NCBI GenBank assembly: GCA_012026655.1
Contig: JAAILG010001282.1
Span: 1-64,000, forward strand
Source: Hydrolagus affinis
Taxonomy: Eukaryota
DNA length: 64,000 nucleotides
Direction: 5' to 3'
Positions 48,519 to 61,815 of this stretch are shown here, in pieces. A program made the position numbers and the translations under genes. Each line of letters opens with the position of its first letter. Position 1 is the stretch's first letter. The notes below the pieces were generated by a model. That model was not told the DNA's origin, ran no database searches, and saw only the letters and a program-made list of their open reading frames with translations.

Positions 48519-48702
48519 GGATAATAATAATAATAATCCTGCATTTAATATAGCGCTTTTCACATCTTATCGTCTCAAATGCTTCACAGAATATACTGTA
48601 AATTGAATTGACTGTATATTTGTGGGCAAAATGTAGCAGCCAATTGCACAGAGTAGTATTCCACAGTAACAGCCGTGGATTGAAAATGACCAATTTTATT
48701 AT
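48519..48702 (-). mobile_element. 3' two-thirds of a short-form SINE
   Basis: (ATA)n ATCCTGCATTTAATATAGCGC...TGACCAATTTTATTATT. Confidence 0.88.
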
Positions 48703-51184
48703 TGTGGAATGCGCACACTGCGCAGTTAGCAATCGCCCTGGGTGTTAAATAAAGTGAACCGGTGAGCGAGCGGAGTGTACGTGAGCAGGAACATCTGGGC
48801 TCGTTCTACGATTGGGAGTTGGGTGACTGTACATGTTTAAAGTGCAGGATTAATATTGTGGAGGGGAGCGATATGCTGTTTGGTTCTGCTGACTGAAATG
48901 TAACCCACTCGTCAGTGTCCTGCTCCCCAATTGTTTTGTTTAGCATTTTTTTCTGGCCCGTGTTCTACTCACAATGAGCTAGAATTACATTTTGAGTTAC
49001 AAAGTTGTAAATATCAAATTAAATTATTGGTTGAAACATGTGATGTTTCACTATAGATTCATGGTAATAATTACATCATCAAGAGTGTTAGGACTATAGT
49101 ATTTTTTTATCCCATAAAATATAAAAAATTGCTGAAGGTTATATGCAAATAACAAGCTCCCTAAACTTTGGTGAGCCAGTAGAATAACTCAATGCAATTA
49201 AAGGACATAGAGTACACAACAGGCCCTCTGCATTTAGTACTATCCATATATGTTTATGCTGCTAGAGATGAGAGATGTGCACTAAGAAGCCCAAGTTATT
49301 TCTTGTTGCAAAGCACATGATTGCATCGATTGTTGTTGGAAAACATTGTCTGATTTTGAATTTCTGTGATGCACAAAACTCAGGGTGTCATCCAGGATGA
49401 CAACATTTGCTGGTGTTTTTTCTAATGTGATTAAAGAGATTGCTGTACTCTCTTAATGTGGACGCTCAAAGCAGCTTTTTCAAACATTAAGAGAATAGTT
49501 CCTTGGAAGCCCTAAGGCTTTCCAATGTTCCTCTCAAGAGCTATCAATGGACTGTCGGAGCTGGTATCAATTTGTTGCTCAAAGTCCTCTCAGGAGTGGG
49601 ACTCGAGTGTGATTCGCATTATTAATACTGTACATTTTGAGGTGAATAAACTGTATTTCTTTTGTGGCAAACTGTACAGGAAAAATACATCACTACTTCA
49701 ATTCCCTTCAAGAGGAAGTCCCCAACCGGCCCTAATACAATTGCCATCATTGCTATGATTTGACATTCTCAATTGAGCAAGGACTCACAGTATCTTAACA
49801 CGTTGTTAGCAAGTTCAAGGAGCTGTGGGTCCCAATCACCCAGATGCACGACAGCTGACAAAAGCAAATTCCTCTCCGCACTTTCAGCACCAGTTCTGAT
49901 AAGAAAGCACTTGTGTGCCTGACCCAGGCTGTGGAACGTACTTTAATGGCACCTGGGATTGCACAGCAAACAAAAGGTGTTCACAATGGTTAGCGGCCGT
50001 TCAGTTCATGTCGGGTGTGTGTGTGTGTGCTGGAGCAAAGCTGCCAGCAAATTCCAGACAAACACATTGAGTATTCAATGGTTTTAATGTGGAAGTCTCA
50101 CCATCTGTACCTTGATGTATCAATTAGACTGGTACAAAAGAACAATGAATTTTGTTCTTGTCCATCCAATTCAGTTTTCTCCCCTTCTCTACTGAAAACA
50201 CTAACTTTTTTCAGGGATTCATTATTATAAACATATATTTAAATATATATTTATAAATGTAGATAAATATAAGAAGCCCACTTATACAGTCAATTCACTT
50301 TACAGTATATTCCGTGAAGTGCTTTGAGACGTCTAGATGACATGAAAAGTACAATATCAAAGTGCAATATAATATATTATTATAGACTTTCTCCCATACT
50401 GAGGGGTATGAGCTCGGAGAATGAGGATTGGTCTAACTGTGGGGGACCACAACACTGATCCTCTTCCAACCAAAATGAACCAGATCTGATGGATGGAATG
50501 CAGCTAAAAACATTCTTATTTTGAGCAAAGTTGATAGGGAAAGGGGGCAAATGAGCTTGGAGTTTTGTCACATACATTTTAATTCAAAACTCTAACACAT
50601 GTAACTAATAAACATAACTATTCAACTAAAGATGTAATCCATTTTCTTATTTTTTTTGGTGGGGGGTGTCCCTAGAAAATGGATTTTCCAACATGTGGAA
50701 ATTGAGCAAACTGAATGGTTAAATTAGGTGAATTAATTCCCATGAGGTTTTCTTCTAAGAGACCTGCACTGAACCCAAAATTGTGGGGAATTAAGAGCAA
50801 CAGGAACGAGAATGAGTGTCCTGAGTTGTTGATGAGGTGATTCTTCTTGTGGTCTTAGCCCTAACATTATTGCCATCAATTTGAAGATTTTGGAACATTC
50901 TTAAATTGGTAGCCGTTTTTCGACAGTTCTTTGGAAGAACTTGCATTATTTCTCACTTTAACCCTGAAATACTGTGATGCCTGTTCATTACTGACCCATT
51001 GCTTGGGGCAGATATTCCAAACATGCGATGATTATCACCTGGGATAATCTTTACATAAATCACTCCACCGTTTGGCAACCTATAGATTCCAATCATCGGT
51101 TCTGACTTCTTGAATAACAGATGTTAGTCTTCCACTGGATAACACTGATGTCAATGGTAAACTATGAGGTTTTAGCTCCACTCC

Positions 51185-51545
51185 TCTGCAACCCCATACC
51201 TCTCAAACCTCTTCTCTCCTCACAGCATTACTCACTGCCTCCGCTACTGGGTCCAGCCTCCTCCATATCCCCCAATTCCTCTGCTCCACGATCGGCAGTA
51301 GTGCTTTTAGCCACTATGTCCTGAAACTTTGAAACTCTCTCCCTCAATCCCTTTGCCTTGCCCCCTCCTTTTCCATCTTCAGGTTGCGCTTGAAGACCTT
51401 TCTCTTTGATCATGATTATGGTCACCTTCCCCCAGGCTCAGCCTTGGGCTCCGCCATTGTGAAGCGCTCTGAGATACTACATAAATGCAAGTTGTTGTTG
51501 TTGTTGATGATGATGATGCTGTTGTAGTTGTTGTTGTTGTAGTAG
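51185..51545 (+). mobile_element. L2-type 3' end (second subfamily, AAATGCAAGTTGTTG tail)
   Basis: GGTCCAGCCTCCTCC...GAAACTCTCTCCCTCAATCCC...GAAGACCTTTCTCTT...GTGAAGCGCTCTGAG...ATAAATGCAAG(TTG)n; related copy at 61295-61815. Confidence 0.72.
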
Positions 51546-52369
51546 ACTCCAGCAGTACCCCAATTCACACTCTGGAATCCCCAAGCCGTGGTTGTTGCCA
51601 ACCTGCGCCTAATACTTCCTAGAGTTATGTAAGCAGGATGTGTCCCTCCTTGCATGCCATTCTCAGCTTGGTTTGGATACTCTTCAACACGGTGATGGGT
51701 TTCCATATGTGTCACACGCACTCTGACCAAAACAAAAAAACAATGAACAGTCATTGTGCAAAGTGGTCCAAATAGTCTAAACCTCCTGGAAGCTGGATTC
51801 CACCTTCACCTTCCTGTTGAAAAACAACAGACATTCTGCTGTAGAGATATAATCTTCTGTACTCTCCCCCTCCCCCCTCCCATTATCAAATGCTGATACC
51901 CATTTAAATTGCTGTAAAGACCGGAACTCAACTGCAATGGAAGTTTGTGTGTTGAATTGTTTAATTTCATAGATAAAATGTTAACGAGCTGCTGAGTTTT
52001 AAAGCATGTTAAAACTAATTTAAGATGGATAAACTGTAATGTCGAACTAATATCCATACAAAGTTGTAAATTGGACCTTTAGCTGTTAAGCATGAGTGGA
52101 AATTACACCCAGGGAGAAACACATAGTTTCAAAGCTTCGCACACAATTACAACAGTGCAAATATTGACTTTAGTGCTGCTGAGTCAATTTGGCTTTATCT
52201 TAAATTGTGGCTTCAGGCACTTTTACACAAGTAGATTAATATATCCATGATGAATTTTAATATCGTTTACATGGATATAGAATACAATCCTCACACAATC
52301 TGCTTGCCCACTACTCTCTGACTTTGTTTTGCCTTCCTGCAGAATGCATTATGGGCCAGCCACAACCTC

Positions 52370-52558
52370 ATAATAATAATCCTTACATTTGATATGGTGG
52401 CTTATCATGTAGTTGAGACATCGCAAAGCGCTTCACAGAATATAATATAAAGTTAATTGCTTGTGTATTTTTAATAGAGGGATTATTATTCCCAGAAAGA
52501 ATTCTACCAATTAACTAACGACCGGTTGCCACTTACTGCCACGTAAACAGGGATGTGT
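52370..52558 (-). mobile_element. Internally deleted long-form SINE
   Basis: Tail plus AACTAACGACCGGTTGCCACTTACTGC module. Confidence 0.72.
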
Positions 52559-55154
52559 CGAGTCTTGCCGTACTCCTCTTCACTGTGCTTCCAGTCACCT
52601 TCCTTCCCCTACCTTCCCTGCCCTCCACCCCTCCTGATCCTAACCACCAGCTTGGGTATGGATCCCTGACTGTCTAGGGCCTGGGACATCCTCTTGACGT
52701 GAAATGCGCTGTACAAATGTTATTTGTTGTTGTTGCCTAAGGTTTTCCACCACCTGGAAATCAAACCCACTTATGAGGCAATCGCTTTTACCATTACACA
52801 ATGGGACTCCACAATTATACCCTTCATGACACATTCCAGAACAATGCACAGGAATAGAGTTGCAAATTCTGGGATGAGAAGAAGTGGCACAGTCTCCCGA
52901 TGACACACCATGGCATCAGTGTTCGATCTCTGCTGTGACGTAATATTAAAAAAGGATAGGGAGAAATTGGGGTAGTGGGATTCTCTGTAAAGCCAATGTA
53001 CTGGTTGTAAAACCTTATTGGAACATAAAGAGTGCCAGTAATGTTGCAAATGCTACTTTTATCAATAGGAAATTGGCAATCAAAGCAGAGGGCCCTTTTT
53101 TTGTAATGCATCAGAAAGGTTATGTGGCTTTTAAACAAAGGGAGGTTGGACGACATCTGCTAACAACAACAATTTAAACTTATAAAGCGCTTTCACATCG
53201 GGAGGACATCCCAAGGCGCTGCACAGGAGGCGTGTGACCCGCGCTGGGAGGGGAGTGTTCGGGAAGGGGTGAAACACGTAGGGGAGGTCGAAAAGTTTGG
53301 GGGGGAACAAAAGGCACAGTCGATCTCTGTACTATCTCTGTACCACCCCTGAATGTGCTGAATGGGAATCATTTCCAAGTGTGACCTGAAGTAACTAACG
53401 GATTTTGTGATGAATGTTGAAGAACGAAAGTAGTTCCGGCAGCCGGGTTGATAATTTGTCTGTTTGTTTCTGGAATTCCCACATTCGTTACAAGTGTAAC
53501 CCTTCTATATAGTGTTGAGGAGAAACAATCTTAAGAATAAAATAACATTTTTTAGATGATGGCAGTTTTTAGATCATTGTTGCCTTCTCAGAAAAAAGAA
53601 TCTCCAAATGACAAATTTTTCACTCCGCTTTTTTAAAACTTTATTTTAATTGGATTAAATGTGAGGTATGATGGTCATGGCATGAAACTGATAGGAAAAT
53701 CTTTCCTTTCCACAATATTTTCCCCGTGTAACTTTAATGCATCCCTTGTGAAGCACGAAATGTCAGCAGTGCAATCGTGTCATGTATCGTTGCGTTTCTT
53801 GCTTGATTTTTCCAGAATATCCCACTTTATTTCGACTCATCAACCATATTAAGAGGGTATCAAGTTCAGGCCCTCTTCCTTGCTCTGAAACAGATATGGG
53901 AATCGATAGGGCTTCACTTTGCTGTGACTACCTCAGGTCTGCAGAATTCAGTGACAAATGTTTGTGCTATGTTTCTCCAGCAACATCTAACAGTAGCATT
54001 AACCTTCTGTGACTCATGATTCATGTCTGAGCAAGGTTAGAAATATATTGACACACTATGGGAATATTAGCAAAATGAAAGTGATATTCATGAAAATCTA
54101 GTGGATTGGTTGAGAATTGTCTAAACCCACACCATAAGTACACAAATTTCCTGATCCGTAGCTTTTCCTAAGCTTTACACTTAGTTAATACCTCAGCCTG
54201 GGGTTGCCCTGATTTCTCATGTCCTGCAGTGTAAATGGGAATTAAATGGTAATTTACTTGGGAATGTTAAGGTCAACCTGCTTCATAAATGTTGGTTACA
54301 ACAACAACAACGACTTGCTTTCATATAGCGCCCCTCAAGACATTACAAGGTTGGGGTCTCAGATTGTTTAATATTGAGCACAATACAAAATTGTAAAGAG
54401 GAATAAAACACCATAATATTTCAGGCAGGATCGCATTTGACAGAATAGAAACACCCTGCAACATTGTAGTTACCTGTCTTTCACTTTCAGATGCTGCTCG
54501 AGTGAATGCCCATTTGAGGCATTTGGACTTTCTCTTATTTCTTTTCCCCAATGGCCAGATTTAGGATACCCTTCACTGTCCAGTACCTCCCTCATGAAAG
54601 ATGCAAAATAAATGCAATTTGTTATTGTCATATTGGATTTGTGTAAGATTCATATCTAGGACAGCCAGACTTTAAAATGGTATTGTCAGTGTGAGGAGCT
54701 TGGGAAGTCTCATTTGGTTCATAAGAGGCAGGAGATCATATTATTTTTATCCAATAGGCGGTAGAGGCCAGCAAGTCAACTTCAGTAAAGAAACAGTTTG
54801 ATCCTGCGATGGGAGGGTAGTAGAGTGTATGTTTTGGAGGGATGAGATTAAATGGCCTGAAGGGCCTTATTCATATAAGTCTCCCTTGTGATATGTTCTA
54901 TCCTGAATCCTGAGCTCCCTCCGATTCACCTCCTCACCATCCGTATTTAGCATCTTTGACCATGCTTACGGTCATCTTTTCTCAATCAACCCTCTTTGTC
55001 TGCCACCCTGTGCTCGAATGCCCAACCAGCAGTATGAAGTGCGTTGAGACCTTCTGATGTGAAAGTTACTGTACAACTGTAACTGTATTGATATTGTGTG
55101 TGTAGTATCAATTTTAATTAATTTCAGGAGGTGTTCAATGCTAGTAGAACCAAT

Positions 55155-55352
55155 GTTTCTTGCCCATCCCTGGTTGCCCTGGAGAAGGAAGATGATAGTG
55201 CTGGGGCTTCTCTTGTTACTGCTGCAGTCCTGGTAGCAATGGTACTGAATAGGGAGTCCCAGAAGTTTGATCAGTCACAGTAAAGGAATAGCGATGTATG
55301 TCTCAAATCAGGATGATGGGTGATTTTAAGGAGAACCTGGATGTGATAATGT
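55155..55352 (-). mobile_element. Old CR1-group LINE 3' region typical of cartilaginous fishes
   Basis: TGCCCATCCCTGGTTGCCCTGGAGAAGG...CTGCTGCAGTCC...CAGTAAAGGAATAGCGAT...TCAGGATG matches a recalled shark LINE end. Confidence 0.55.
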
Positions 55353-55667
55353 TAATAATAATAGGGAAATGTTTGCAAATTATGTTTTATTATATGATTA
55401 CATAAAGTATTTAGAAAATTAAAGCACAGAAAAAAGACTGTTTGGCCTAACTAATCTGTACTGATGGTGTACACTCCACGCAAGCTTCCATTTTGTTGCA
55501 TGAGTCTGTTTAGTGCTTTTTGTTCTGGTTTACAACAAGAAATAAAAAACAAATTATGTTTGTAGAGCACCTTTCAAATTGGGATGAGGTTTAGGTGTGA
55601 AAGTTGCATCAGCCATTGATAATATTGCCACATTGATGATATGTGTCAGTCTTCCAGTTTTTTTTGT

Positions 55668-55944
55668 GGAGTCTGTAGCTCAGTGCCTTGCAAATGAGAG
55701 ATCTGGGTTCAATTCCAGGCAGTGTGAAACCTTGGGCAAGTTTCCTTACTCTACACGCCTAATAATAATCCCTCAAAAACAATAATAAATTGTAAATTTC
55801 AATGCACAACTGTTTGTGGAATACTGCTGTGCGCAATTGGCTGCTGCGTTTTGCCCACCAATATGCCGTCAATTCACTTTACAGTATATTCTGTGAAGCA
55901 CTTTGAGACCTCTAAAAACATCAAATGCAAGGATTATTATTATT
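55668..55944 (+). mobile_element. tRNA-headed SINE, short form, with small deletions
   Basis: GGAGTCTGTAGCTCAGTG...GGGTTCAATTCC...CAAATGCAAGGATTATTATT. Confidence 0.9.
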
Positions 55945-58699
55945 TATCGGTCCCCATTGGCTGCAGAAACCAGCACATAAAGCCCATTTTCAGTGGATAA
56001 AGAAGGCATTAAAATAAAAATTGGGAAATGGATGGCAGGAACTGGAAGTAAGAAGAAACGTAAACTACAGGTTTTAAAGTTACAAACAGATACAAGTATC
56101 GAATAAGTATCTAGGAGATCACACAGGTAAAGTTATAAAGTTACCAGTTAAAAAAGGACAGACATAATGGGGAAAAGCACATAGTTGGGAAATTGGTGAC
56201 AGGATGAGTACAGGTAATGTTTCTTAAGAACATATTTTATTGTTATTTTAAAATGTATTCACATGTTTGTGCTAATGATATTATTTAAGTAATAAATCCA
56301 TCCTGATATTTGAGTATGCTGGTAATATTAGTATAATAATAATCCTTGCCTTTAATATAGCATTTTATCACATCTTTGAGATGTGTCAAAACTTTTCACA
56401 GAATATACTATAAAGTGAATTGATTGTAAATTTTGTGGACCAAACTATGTTTGAAACAGAAGCTGTAAGTGGGCAGCTGGCACCCGAGTCTCTGTGGAGC
56501 TGCCAGCACCCTAAGGGTTAATATATTTTACACAGCAGATGCCACTCAAGCCCACAGATACCCCTTCAACCAAGGGATGCTAGGGGATTATCTGAGTCAT
56601 GGATGTTTGTGTGACCTCTCTTGATACCACTCTGTAACTGTCTGACAGAAGGTGTGATTCAAGTAAAGGGAATCTCACCTGCAGTGTATTCAAAGTACTG
56701 TACATCTTTTGCTTCTATTTAATTCAGGCCATGCTAATATCTATCTCCCGCACAATAAGGTTTAGCAGCCATGTTGCAGTCTGTAAAATACAACTGCCCA
56801 TCTAACAAGTACGGGGTAATTGTGCAAAATGTCTGCAGCTAAGCCATCACCACTTTAGCACAGTCAAATATTGAGATCGGCAGAGAAAGGAAAGAGCAAA
56901 AGTGTCAACTGCACAACAGTCTGTCAGACCCCTGGCTGGTTATCACACCAATTCCTTTATGGTGTAAAAAGAACCTGGTGAAGACTGATTAACAGGAGCC
57001 TCCCAAATCAACATCTGAGAAAAGCTTAAGACAGGCATGTCAACCTAGTTTCGTTAAAACTCTCACTGTACTTCTTTCCACAGAAAGTCTTCCGAATTTA
57101 CCACATTCAAAGAATGTTTTATTTCAGTGATACATCTCATTTGTGGCTCAGTTATACTACAAGCAATGAATCAAACCCATGCTTGCTGTTGTGCTGTTGT
57201 CGAATGTTGAAGTTATGCTGCCAAATCCACGTTACTCTCTTGATGAACAAAGTACAAGTAAACTGGATTTCAGTGTATAAACCAGGGTCTGAGTACCGGT
57301 TAATTTATAAATGGAGGAATGCAAGCTTTTTCACTAACATTAGAAATTTACACTAAGCTTACGAAGTGGCTCAAATGACAAACTACAGCTTTGTATGAAG
57401 CTGAGCCTGGCAAGTCCAGGGCTTGATCCCTTAAGTGTTAGCTTCACTGAGATTCTGGGCTGAGAGTGGGGAAGATGTACTCTTGGATCCTGCTCATGAT
57501 TGTCATCCATTGACACCCCCCACCCCACCCCCCACCCCGATTTAGTTCATGTGTGTGACCATCACAAGATCAAGCTCCTCATATTTCCCTCTTGATTGCA
57601 AAAGCTGCCGCATTGGAACAGAGTGTGGGATGAGGTGGAAGTTTGGAAGCAGATGGAAGAGTTGGCACTGAAATATCAGTTTGGATTACACCATGTATAT
57701 GTGCGCATGTGTGTGTGACCGGCTGTCTGTATGGTGTATATGTATGTATTACTAACTGCACATAGCTAAGATTGCATTTCCATTAGAATCCATGCCGTAG
57801 CAGCAACAGCAATTGAGAGAATCGGGTACATTATAACACATCTGCAAACTCCTAATCTAGAGATTGTAATTCTCACACTAATTCCCAGGTTTTGTACAAA
57901 ATTCATAGCATATTGTAAACTACATCTTGCACTGAAATAGCAAAGTCTATTGTCATGCACCAATTCAGGACCTGCAACAGTTTAACTCTGGCAATCTGGC
58001 ATTATTACCTGTAATTGATGTTCTTTGGGATATTACTTTGGAAAGGGTAATTCTATGCCTTAGATTTATGCACTAACAGCATTTAAACTCCAGCCAGGAA
58101 CTCGCTGGGGCATTGCAAGTTAGAATTTTGAGTGAGTTCATCTTAACCAAAACATTGGTTGAAATTAGAGAGGAAATTCAGGCAGGTTACCCACCACATA
58201 GGCTAGAAATTCCAATTAATCTTAACCTTGAAGACCAATATTTAAGATTGCACAGAATTGTGAAACATTCTTAGATTCAGCCTTAAAATGCAAGGTTTAT
58301 TATTTTTATTACTTGGAAGCCAGTTTTCTGTTGTACTTAAAATAAAAAGTGAAAAGCACTGTATCAAATGCATGGGTTATTATTATTTATTATTATATTA
58401 TTTTCTATCTGAAATCTAATTTGTTCTTGAATCAAACAACAGGTTCGGTTTTTAGCATCTCCTGAGAGAGGCTGTACCATCAGTTTTCTGGTCTTTCACT
58501 AAAGTAGTGTTTCAGCAGAATTGTTCTGAATTTACCCCCTTCAATGGCAGGCCACGTCATCTGCTTCTACTGTTCAACATAAAACAACTTATCATGGTCT
58601 ACATTATCTATTCACTTCAGAAACTTAAAGACCTCAATTATATCAACCTCAAAACCTTATTTTCTCCAGCGTGAACATATCCTGTTTATCTAAACAGCG

Positions 58700-58890
58700 G
58701 AGGATACAGGGGACGAGGAGGAAGCTGTACCCAGTAAAGTGATACAGTGAGTAATGCTGTGAGGACTGAGGAGGTTAGAGAGGTAGGGGAGTGCAGAGGA
58801 GTGGAGGGATTTAAACACAAGAGTGAGGATCTTGAAGTCGATCTGCTCTGTGACAGGGAGCCAATGCAGTTTTGCAAGGACTGGGGTAAT
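58700..58890 (-). mobile_element. L2 ORF2 C-terminal fragment
   Basis: GGATTTAAACACAAGAGTGAGGATCTTGAAGT...GGGAGCCAATGCAGTTTTGCAAGGACTGGGGTAAT (rc: ITPVLAKLHWLP...FKILTLVFK). Confidence 0.8.
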
Positions 58891-60072
58891 TAGGGTACAT
58901 CGGGGTCCAAATGTTTGTTTCAGGCACCATTGATTTCAGTGTATCTGAAAATGTATCATTAGATCATCACAGGGTTCTGGAGGTCTGATGTCTGGTCAGT
59001 GAGCTTGCTTCCACCAGAAGGTGATTCCTGCCATGACTTTGTATTGGATTGTATTTGAACATAAAAGCATAGTCTTCTATGGGACTTCCTCTCAATGTGA
59101 AAGGCACTATACCAAATGTAAGGAATATTATTATTTATTGCGTAATGATCTGATGCTCAGTAGAACCTCACTTATACTGATTGCCTGGGCCTTTGATCTA
59201 CTGTCCATTGTTCTATGGCCCTTGATCTACTGCCGTATTCTGTCCTTGTGAAGAATCAGGAAGCGACTGGGATGAATGGAAAATTCTGGATCTCATTTGT
59301 ATGTGTCCTCTCTCTCCAAAACCTATGCAAGAATTAATGGGTGAGGAGAAACGGGGCCTCACCAAGCCATCTCACTCACCAGTGAAGTGGGATGATGTTT
59401 CACACTGGCACTGATACTATCTGATGTGTTGGGTTGAACAATGAAAGGCACAATCTTCCACAATGTTCCAGGCATCTCTGAGGTGATGAGGTCACTTTTT
59501 TGCAAGCAGTGTGTTTATGGCAGGTTTGTCTGGAGATTTGATGCGCTCCACACACCAGCTTCAACAATTAGCTAACCAGTGGGATAAGGTTTGTGGCCCC
59601 AAATGCAGTGTTGTGGATAAGGAACAAAACAATACACTTCAGACGTGGCAAACAGAAAAATCTGCTTCTGTTAGCAAACAAAAACTGGAACTGAAAACAC
59701 TTAAGCACCCTGCGTGTGTCGGACTCCTCAAATCAACTTAAATGTTGTGTTGTTCATTATTCTTGTGATTTCCCGAAATGGGTTAAAATCGATTTGGTAA
59801 AGAATTGTGTAAAGGTTATCATTCTTTTACCGTGTGGTGCTTCACTCATTGGCTCAGCTTGTTGATTTGTCATCTAATGTTTTGCTGTGTGGTAAAAGCA
59901 AGTGAGATCTGGTTTCGATCACTTCAAGGATCTGATTTTTTTATTGAGAGAAGTGTTTTCATGCGAGACAAACTTTGCAAAGGTATTGCCCTTCACAAAG
60001 ATACAGAGCAGGAGAGAACTGCTGTTGAAAGTAAATGGAAACCTATGCCGCAGGGCAAAGTGAACCATCAGA

Positions 60073-60386
60073 TGTAGCACAACAAACTTGGCACGCTTGC
60101 CTCGCAATTGAGAGGATCCGGGTTTGGTTCCCAGGTGGGGCGAAACCTTAGGCAAGTTTCCTTAATGCCTCTTGTTATCTAGCATTGTGTAGGAACCCGG
60201 TTGTTAGTGGATTGGCATATTGCTTTCTGGGGATATTGATCCCTCAAAGAAAATTGGTCACTCACTCCACGACTGCTTGTGGGACACTTGTATGAAATTG
60301 GCTGCTGCGTTTTGCCAACAAAATACATAATCAATTCACTTTACAATTTGTGAAGTGAAACGCTTTGGGATGTCTCAACAACGTGA
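60073..60386 (+). mobile_element. Long-form SINE, followed by an inverted SINE tail (60387-60482, - strand)
   Basis: GGCGAAACCTTAGGCAAGTTTCC, GGAACCCGGTTGTTAG module, GTCTCAACAACGTG, then AATAATTCTTGCATTTGATATAG. Confidence 0.82.
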
Positions 60387-61294
60387 TAATAATAATAATT
60401 CTTGCATTTGATATAGCTCCATGTCACATCTTCGAGACATCACAAAGAGGGTCACAGAATATGCTGTAAAGTGAATTGAGTCTATACTGATCTGGTGCTA
60501 TATCAAATGCATGAATTATTATTATATATTGTAAATTTTGCTCGATAAAGCAAAAGCAAAGGGAAAGAGATGGATGCTGCTCATTCAGCTACTACATTTC
60601 TTTCCCCAGAGGGGAGATCGGATTCAGAATGTACAGATATTATTGATAGCCATATATCAGTCATCACATTTAACTATTTTATAATTATTTGTTTCAATTG
60701 TATATTTTGGTGTTTTTCTAACCCTGAAGCCTTTTAAACTGTGGCACACTATCCAGTGGAATGAGAGAGGACTGTACTTGGGACCTAGGCTTGATTCCAG
60801 CCTGCTTTGATCAATACAGATTTTATTTTTCTCCTCTCTTACCCCAGTCTCTAGATTGTAAAGACCTCAATTATGACACTTGAGCTAAAGTGAAAAGGTT
60901 TTTCTATTTGCTAGATAGGCAACAACATCATTTGGAAATGAACAATATTTAGAACTCAGAACTCTTCGTGTGTGTTTAATTATCTTCTTGCATAAGTTGT
61001 TGGAGTCCAGTTGTATAAAGGGATGATTTGAGTCCATCTTCATAGCTGTTGTGACTCTCCTCTGGCTTCCTTAAAGTCTAATTCTCTCCACCAATAATGT
61101 CAGCGAAACAACATGAAGTCATTCTAATAATAACCTTTACAATCAGTATGGCACCTTTTATGTCAAGCACCCATCTCAAACCACTTCACAGGATTGGCAG
61201 CCATTTAGCGCATTGCAATGTCCCACAAACAGGCATGAAATCAATGTTCAATTTTATTGGTGGATTGTTGGTCAGGATATACAACTAGTCAGGG

Positions 61295-61815
61295 CAGGAC
61301 TTCTGTAACCCCCTCCTCGCCAGTCTCCCCTCCTCCACTATTCACAAAATTCAGCTGATCCAAAACTCACCGCCCGCATTTTCACCTGCACCAAACTTTG
61401 TATCTTGATTACCCCAGTCCTTGCAAAACCCTACAGGCTCCTTATCACCGAGCGGACCAACTTCAAAATCCTCACTCTTGTGTTTAAATCCCTGCACTAA
61501 TTTGCAACCCCCTACCTCTATAACCTCCTCTCTCCTCAAGGCAGTACCTGCTGCTTCCACTCTACAGGGTCCGGCCTCTTCCTTGTCCCCGATTCCTGCC
61601 ATCACTATCAGTGGCTGTGCTTTCAACCACTGCACCCCAGTAGCCACTCCCTCAAGCCCTCCGCCTCATTCCCTCCTTCCCCATCTTCAGGACATGCCTG
61701 AAGACCTTTCTCTTCGACCGCTCACTTACAGTCACCTTCTACCTCACCCTGGCTCGGCCTTGTTCTGAGGCCAACCAGCGTGGAGGGTGCTACACCAATA
61801 CAATTTGTTGTTGTT
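61295..61815 (+). mobile_element. L2 ORF2 end and 3' UTR
   Basis: CAGCTGATCCAAAACTC...ATTACCCCAGTCCTTGCAAAA...TTCAAAATCCTCACTCTTGTGTTTAAATCC (QLIQN...ITPVLAK...FKILTLVFKS) and (TTG)n tail. Confidence 0.82.
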
